From an uncultured virus (IMG/VR IMGVR_UViG_3300030708_001148) (Duplodnaviria; Heunggongvirae; Uroviricota; Caudoviricetes), in IMG/VR virus record IMGVR_UViG_3300030708_001148: a stretch of DNA of 64,000 nucleotides; one strand, given 5' to 3'. Numbering within the stretch: position 1 is the first letter of the stretch; each line of letters opens with the position of its first letter. The notes below the pieces were generated by a model, which saw only the letters and a list, made by a program, of their open reading frames with translations, did not search any database and had not been told where the DNA came from. Positions 58,341-64,000 of this stretch are shown one piece after another. The position numbers were made by a program, and so were the translations under genes.

Positions 58341-59439
58341 TTATCTTATTCGCTTCCTCAATCAATATGTCATGTTTTGCTCGTAAGTCAATGTTAGAGC
58401 CTGTCTCAGCAATTAGTATGGAGTTATCGTCATGACGAATGACTTCTGCCGCTACAAACTTGGTTGCGGCATCATGAATAGAAGCGGGTACTCTAGCATC
58501 TCCCGCAACATAGGATACCTTCAAGGAATGACTCCTACGGTATGGGTATTCTTGTCTGAATAGAACTATACCCTCATCAGATAGTTTCCAGAAGTCTTCG
58601 TTTCTACCTTGATTCTCTATTGTGGCAAAGTCAGTTACCGTACCAAATGTAGAAGTCAAGACGTTATTCTTTCCGTCATCTCCCGGCAAGAGAGAAGTAA
58701 TGCAAACAGTATCAGAATACTCTGTATCTACAGATGCATAGAAGAAATCAGAGACATGATAATTCTTGCCATTGACTACAATTGTACTTCCGCTTGATGG
58801 GTCTACTGCTATGATAGATTTAGCACTATTTTCCATTGTAAATTTAGCAGTCTTTGCCGGAAACACTTCATTGATGCAGTCAGCAATCTGACTTGCCGTT
58901 GTCTTAGGCCCGTAATCATCATAGAAATCTTGAACCAAAGATGTGTTCTTCAAATCAAACCTTAACTTGGCAGGTAGCCCTACTGTCAATGATATCGTCC
59001 AATCGCTTGTTGTTGCTGTTGAAGGAACCTTTAGTTTAGCCGTCACACCTGCTAAATCTACGTATTCGTTTCCTTGCCAAGCCTCCAATCTCAATATCTT
59101 CTGTATCTTTCGATGTTGTAATTTGATGAATCCTACGTAATCCTTCCACTCTCTAACAGGATAGTGAGCCAATCTGCCATAGTTGAAATCATGTACTTCA
59201 TTATGATAAATCAGAGGTCTGTAAGACATCTTGGTCTTCTCATCTATCTTATCCTCCACCCTTTTGATTATCTTTCCTACTTCTGCCTTAGTAGGAGTTG
59301 TATTAGTGCCAAATTGGGCTATTTGCAAGAGATTTGAGACATCTGTATGGGTAGTATAGTACCCATTACCCTCATCGTATTCTCCTGCGTTAATGTTTGT
59401 AAAATCACTAGGGGAACTAACCTTGCCCACCTTAATCAC
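58303..59439 (-). CDS. Head-tail adaptor/connector-like protein with an insertion domain
   Basis: YTTHTDV...IKRVEDKID, C-terminal VSYVAG...VPASIHDA. Confidence 0.62.
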   Translation of the reverse strand: MIKVGKVSSPSDFTNINAGEYDEGNGYYTTHTDVSNLLQIAQFGTNTTPTKAEVGKIIKRVEDKIDEKTKMSYRPLIYHNEVHDFNYGRLAHYPVREWKDYVGFIKLQHRKIQKILRLEAWQGNEYVDLAGVTAKLKVPSTATTSDWTISLTVGLPAKLRFDLKNTSLVQDFYDDYGPKTTASQIADCINEVFPAKTAKFTMENSAKSIIAVDPSSGSTIVVNGKNYHVSDFFYASVDTEYSDTVCITSLLPGDDGKNNVLTSTFGTVTDFATIENQGRNEDFWKLSDEGIVLFRQEYPYRRSHSLKVSYVAGDARVPASIHDAATKFVAAEVIRHDDNSILIAETGSNIDLRAKHDILIEEANKIIDGKKETIVFVD

Positions 59440-61822
59440 CTCTTCTGTTTCCTATCTTATCTATTAGTGATTTTAAGGTTTTGAGAGATTTATTCAATGT
59501 TAATAACAAAGTCTGATTCTTCTGTTGTAATGTTACTCTCCCTCTAGTTTTTGTTCTCTGTTGGGTAAATCTAGAAGTAGAACCTATGTCCCTTTGTAGT
59601 TCACCAGAAGGTATTGCCTTTACTACGGCAATGTCCTGTTTGATTTGCTTGTCTATTTTTATTGCTACTACTCTTCCAGTCTGTTCAAAGTCTGCTTCGT
59701 ATGGTGCAGTTTCCAAGAGATGCTTGAATCTGTTCCAGAATCGTTGTTTGATTATCTTTATCTTTCTAACATATTGTTCTGGTGCTTCATCTGGATAATC
59801 TTGTATGTAATTTTGGAATACTTCATCCGTAATGTAGGCTGTATCAGACATGTCAACAAGTCTAGGAGTAGTCTCATCCTCCGCATTATCAGATTCTTGA
59901 CCCTCTTCCATTATGTTGTCTAATTCTCTAGAATTAGACCTATAGTCACCTTCTAATTCACTAGGATTGATATCAGTAACTTGACGTTGTTCTTCCTCTA
60001 ATTCCTCATCTATATCTGAGTCAAATACTTGTGAATACTGATAATCAGAAGCCTCTTCCAATCTTTCCTCTATTTCTCCCGGCTCTGTCTCATCTACAAA
60101 ATTTTCATCTATCATGTATTCGTAGAATTTTATTGATGGTTTATCGAAATTAACCGATTCGTTATCACTAGTTATATCCTCAAGAAGTTCTCTATTCTTA
60201 TTGGCTTCTACCTTTTCTTGGTCTTTTATTTGTTTACTCCTAACCTTAGTTTTTGAAGTAGTTCCTTGTGTGAAAAGATTCTTGAAAGTTAATGGGTCAG
60301 TCAAATTCTTAGTTACGTTTCCAAGACTCATTTCATAATTCAAAGAGTACTCAAATATCAGCACTCCTAAGTCTAATGTCATGTCTTTGGGTACTAGATA
60401 TTCTTGTATCTCATAGTGATGTTCTGGTTTACTCAAAATATAACCGGACTCATCCCTTTCTCCAAAATTACCAGTTGTCTTTCTAATTGTATTTGAGATG
60501 AAAGCCTCCTTGAAATTTTCAGATTGTTTCAATGAGTTTAGATAATTAATAATTTTTTTCAAGTCATCGTAACTAGAATCTGGTTCATCAGTTGGCAAAT
60601 CATATGTTTCCCTTTCCGCAAATAGTCCAGTTGTTCTTATTTCACTTGATGCCTTATCTCCCATAATAGTTAATGAGTGTGTTCTAGGGTCACTAACAGT
60701 AAAATCTGTTGCCTTTGCACCACGATAACTTTCTTTTCCATCCTGTCCCTTCTTTGGGTTTTGCACATAGTAAACATCAAAGAAACCAGATTCAGGGTCT
60801 TCCATTCTCTGAGTTTCATAAGCCATTAATTCCTCTCTTTTGGTTTCTATTTTTCTTTTAGGAGTTCCATCTTCATTTTTTTCATTTGACGCTACATACT
60901 GTACTCTGGGTTTTCCTTCTATTTTGGTTCTTCTAATTCTTCTTGTCTTTTCATTTGTCTCTTTATCTGTAACTGTAGTTGACTTTAAATCCTTGAGTTT
61001 ACCAAAACCATATTTCTCAAACATCTTGTTCCAATACTCGTATGAATTAACAGTAACAACCATAGTAGGAGCATTACTGTTACCTTTTCTAGTCACACTA
61101 ATGGATTGTCTGAGAATATCCTCATCTATGAGAGGACTTTCAGTCATAAAGAAGTTCATCATTTCTACTTGTCTTGACTCTTCGTCTTCCCTGCTCAATG
61201 CTGGTTTCTCTACTTGAGGTCCATAGGGTAGTCTCATTGTTCCTCTATCATAACTATAGCCAACTAATTCGCTTCTGTTTTCAATCAGTTCCTTTATGGA
61301 CATATTGTCTAATGAGGGCACACCAGAATCAGATGATGTTATATTCATTTTTGACCTTAGATAGAACTTATCTCCATCTTCTACGTTAATCTGAAACTGT
61401 TGTTTTCTTTGCTCAAACTCTTCTCCATCTCGCACGACTTTAAATTTCTTGAGTAAGACATTCTCTCCACCATCATCAGAATAAAGTGTCATATTTTCTA
61501 TCTTATTTACAAAATTCAATAAAGCCCTACGCCAAGCATCATTGGAAAACTTGTATTTTTCCGTATTCATTTCTGTAAACCTATGGTTAAAGGTAATTCC
61601 TCGCATTGATTTCTTGGCCTTTTTCATGGTGTTTGTTGGGTTTTGAGCCAAATCATGTAGAATGTATCCTACCATTAACTCAAAAATTCTGTTTCTTGTG
61701 TTTCCCTCTAGTAGTTCTAAGGCACTACGGTCCAATGCTCTTTCTGGAAGTGCTATTACTTCTTTGAGGGCATTAGGTATGGTGTTACCTTCCTCATCTA
61801 CTAGTGGTATTCTGATGTCCAT
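59432..61822 (-). CDS. Hypothetical 796 aa charged protein
   Basis: Long ORF; E/D-rich C-terminal region. Confidence 0.65.
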   Translation of the reverse strand: MDIRIPLVDEEGNTIPNALKEVIALPERALDRSALELLEGNTRNRIFELMVGYILHDLAQNPTNTMKKAKKSMRGITFNHRFTEMNTEKYKFSNDAWRRALLNFVNKIENMTLYSDDGGENVLLKKFKVVRDGEEFEQRKQQFQINVEDGDKFYLRSKMNITSSDSGVPSLDNMSIKELIENRSELVGYSYDRGTMRLPYGPQVEKPALSREDEESRQVEMMNFFMTESPLIDEDILRQSISVTRKGNSNAPTMVVTVNSYEYWNKMFEKYGFGKLKDLKSTTVTDKETNEKTRRIRRTKIEGKPRVQYVASNEKNEDGTPKRKIETKREELMAYETQRMEDPESGFFDVYYVQNPKKGQDGKESYRGAKATDFTVSDPRTHSLTIMGDKASSEIRTTGLFAERETYDLPTDEPDSSYDDLKKIINYLNSLKQSENFKEAFISNTIRKTTGNFGERDESGYILSKPEHHYEIQEYLVPKDMTLDLGVLIFEYSLNYEMSLGNVTKNLTDPLTFKNLFTQGTTSKTKVRSKQIKDQEKVEANKNRELLEDITSDNESVNFDKPSIKFYEYMIDENFVDETEPGEIEERLEEASDYQYSQVFDSDIDEELEEEQRQVTDINPSELEGDYRSNSRELDNIMEEGQESDNAEDETTPRLVDMSDTAYITDEVFQNYIQDYPDEAPEQYVRKIKIIKQRFWNRFKHLLETAPYEADFEQTGRVVAIKIDKQIKQDIAVVKAIPSGELQRDIGSTSRFTQQRTKTRGRVTLQQKNQTLLLTLNKSLKTLKSLIDKIGNRRGD

Positions 61823-61823
61823 A

Positions 61824-62525
61824 TTATGCCAACCACTTTGCCCATGCGATACCCTTGCTCATTGCAGATGCTAGACCAAGACCGCTAGACGGTGGTGTGT
61901 AGGACATTTGACCTGTTTGTGGGTCTATCCAGTATGGATTATTCATGTTGTCATAACCCGCAGGTGGTATAGGATATCCAGATTGATTGTTGAAGGCCAT
62001 ATGTTGTTGTTGCATCATTGCATTTGCTTGAACAGAAGCGTTACCCCCAGTTATCATTGATGGGTCTACTCCACTAGGATTAGCAACAGGAGGCTGACTA
62101 CTTCCTTGTCCTTGTGAAGCAAAACCCTGAGATTCTAGATATTGTGCTTTAGCCATTCTTCTTTGCATTATTACTTCTGAGTTAATTGCAGAAGCAAGAA
62201 GTGTCTGTAGGTCTAGATTGATGTTAGCCTCAGTTATTGAACCCATAGCGGCAACTGCATCTGGAGACATCGTTATGTCACCATTGTTATTTGTTACAAA
62301 GGCCATTTGCGGTAGCATTTGACCCAATACTTTCTCTACTGTATCAGTCATTAACTGTGCTAATGCGGCTAGAAACGCTTCTCCATGATACTGGAAGAAG
62401 TCCTCTACGTGGTTCTCTTGCAAGGTCAACAGATTGTTCATTGTTTTGAACTGAGCCTGTTGGTTAGACTGCATTGTATTCATTAAAGTGCTATTACTAG
62501 TGCCAAATAATCCCATTTTACTCAC
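61824..62525 (-). CDS. Q/M/N-rich protein with a C-terminal amphipathic helix
   Basis: Low-complexity QQ/P/G/Y region; ends GLGLASAMSKGIAWAKWLA. Confidence 0.65.
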   Translation of the reverse strand: MSKMGLFGTSNSTLMNTMQSNQQAQFKTMNNLLTLQENHVEDFFQYHGEAFLAALAQLMTDTVEKVLGQMLPQMAFVTNNNGDITMSPDAVAAMGSITEANINLDLQTLLASAINSEVIMQRRMAKAQYLESQGFASQGQGSSQPPVANPSGVDPSMITGGNASVQANAMMQQQHMAFNNQSGYPIPPAGYDNMNNPYWIDPQTGQMSYTPPSSGLGLASAMSKGIAWAKWLA

Positions 62526-63195
62526 TTCCCTCTTCTTGTTCCTCTTCTATTTTTGCGCCCTCAGTCAATAAAACTTTCATTCTATCTCCTACCGCATTAT
62601 GTTCTATGATTAATCTGAACAACTCAGCCTCTTTAGTTTCTTCTGTTCCAGATGGAGGTTTAATTGTCCAACCCAATGCCGAAAGAGATTGTATGTCTGA
62701 TTCTTTCAGACTCTTTAGTGGCCCTGCTGACAATGGGTTTAGAGTCTGCATACTAGGAGCCTTTGGAATGTATGCGCTGAAAGACAGACCATGTTCCTCT
62801 GCTAGTATCTGTTGTTCCAGCATTTCGTACTGCCTGTGTATGGCCGCATGTTTATCACAATAAGTACCTCTCATGGGATACCCCTTGCGTACCTTGTGTA
62901 GTGGCAAAGGGGGTCTTAGATTATCACTAGCATCCCATACTTTGTGAGTACCGCACACTACACATCTATCTTTGATGTTGTATGCAAACTTGTATGGTAT
63001 TTTCAGAAATGTCTTGTTTTCTGGTTTCAGTACCTTTACTATTTCTTTCAACTGTTTCTTTGGCTTTACGCTCTTGTACTCATATGTGGTAATCGGTCCA
63101 GAAGACCTTGCGGCATCTAGTTTATTTAGAAACACGGATGAAGCCGTTGGTGTTTCTGCCCCTATTAATGAGGGCATCTGGTATTGCATTGACAT
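62518..63195 (-). CDS. Zinc-binding (C3H-like) protein
   Basis: CVVC...YCDKH. Confidence 0.62.
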   Translation of the reverse strand: MSMQYQMPSLIGAETPTASSVFLNKLDAARSSGPITTYEYKSVKPKKQLKEIVKVLKPENKTFLKIPYKFAYNIKDRCVVCGTHKVWDASDNLRPPLPLHKVRKGYPMRGTYCDKHAAIHRQYEMLEQQILAEEHGLSFSAYIPKAPSMQTLNPLSAGPLKSLKESDIQSLSALGWTIKPPSGTEETKEAELFRLIIEHNAVGDRMKVLLTEGAKIEEEQEEGSE

Positions 63196-63207
63196 GTGCT
63201 TCCCGTA

Positions 63208-63882
63208 TCAGTAGTCCTTTATCATTGTTAGGACACCTCTGTAAACCATCTCTGAGTCTGATTTAGCACTAACTATGTATTTGAAACAAGGTATTCCCTT
63301 GTCGTTTAACCTTTGCATTCCATCTCTAAATGCAGAAAAAATTGGGTGTTTCTCTATTGGCCCATTGTGGTCATACCTGTCTTTCCATAAATCGTATTTG
63401 TTAGCCCATATTCCTACTGCTAATGGATAATCAGATTCTCTTTTCTTCTTTCTCTTACCATTGGGTAGACTCCATTCAGAAGCACATATGGTATCAACGA
63501 GAAACGTCCAACACAACTGCTGTTCTATGTCATAGTGTTTGTTCATGTGCCTATCGTCTATCATGAAAATGATGTATTTGACTCTACGACTTCTCATATC
63601 GTGTATCCAATCGTTCCAATATGTCACTTGCCCACCGATATCAGCACTTTTTACAGTATGAGCATCACCATCTAGTTTGACATATTTCCTAGTTGCTCTA
63701 CCCTTGCCGACTGTCCTTTCTCTAATATCAGGAACCTCACCTCTTGTTCTGAGTTGGTGATTCATTGTGGTTTTACCTGCTTGGGTAGCACCGTATATTC
63801 CAAAGTTAATCGCATGTACCCTTTGATATATTTTGTTTAGTCCCTCGACTATCAGAATAGCAAACCCTGCCATCACTGACAA
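63208..63882 (-). CDS. Ras-superfamily (Arf/Sar1-like) small GTPase
   Basis: G1 GATQAGKT, G2 T (RTVG), G3 DIGGQ, G4 NKYD, G5 SAK; N-terminal hydrophobic/amphipathic helix. Confidence 0.88.
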   Translation of the reverse strand: MSVMAGFAILIVEGLNKIYQRVHAINFGIYGATQAGKTTMNHQLRTRGEVPDIRERTVGKGRATRKYVKLDGDAHTVKSADIGGQVTYWNDWIHDMRSRRVKYIIFMIDDRHMNKHYDIEQQLCWTFLVDTICASEWSLPNGKRKKKRESDYPLAVGIWANKYDLWKDRYDHNGPIEKHPIFSAFRDGMQRLNDKGIPCFKYIVSAKSDSEMVYRGVLTMIKDY

Positions 63883-63886
63883 GGTA

Positions 63887-64000
63887 TCACCACAGATGAT
63901 TCCAGAAATCTACTACTCCATTCCAAGCAATTGATAGAGTGTTTATTCCTGCTATAGCAAATGCTTGTCCCAATATAAAACTAGTAAGCGATGCTACTCC
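63887..64000 (-). CDS. Membrane protein, C-terminal part (truncated by the window edge)
   Basis: Hand translation GVASLTSFILGQAFAIAGINTLSIAWNGVVDFWNHLW-stop. Confidence 0.55.
   Translation of the reverse strand, partial: GVASLTSFILGQAFAIAGINTLSIAWNGVVDFWNHLW

Overview
A 64 kb segment of a tailed archaeal virus (Caudoviricetes). The gene content best fits a magrovirus-like virus of Marine Group II/Poseidoniales archaea; this assignment is inferred from gene repertoire, with no database search. Two tightly packed, translationally coupled gene blocks converge at about 26.8 kb. The + strand (1-26.8 kb) carries nucleotide metabolism and a near-complete archaeal-type replisome: class II RNR, ATP-dependent ligase, RFC small and degenerate large subunits, OB-fold SSB, PCNA, a split family-B polymerase, a Cas4-like nuclease, a fused PriS-PriL primase, an ERCC4 nuclease, an AAA+ helicase and a DEDD exonuclease. 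It also carries host-takeover candidates: TFB, PC4, a histone-fold protein, a TFS-like zinc ribbon, and an E1/ThiF plus JAB pair. The - strand (26.9-64 kb) carries neck and tail morphogenesis genes: adaptor, terminator, tail tube, a G/GT chaperone with a -1 frameshift, tape measure, hub, a 3344 aa fibre and LamG proteins. The most striking items are: (i) an Arf/Sar1-like small GTPase in an operon with membrane-associated proteins, upstream of the neck genes; (ii) a viral E1 + JAB ubiquitin-like conjugation pair with a GGQ-ending small ORF between them; (iii) a PolB split by six coupled mini-ORFs and carrying non-canonical active-site motifs; (iv) a shared N-terminal W-x-x-[IVT]-[ILV]-K leader on unrelated small proteins. 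No tRNA, rRNA or CRISPR array was recognised.
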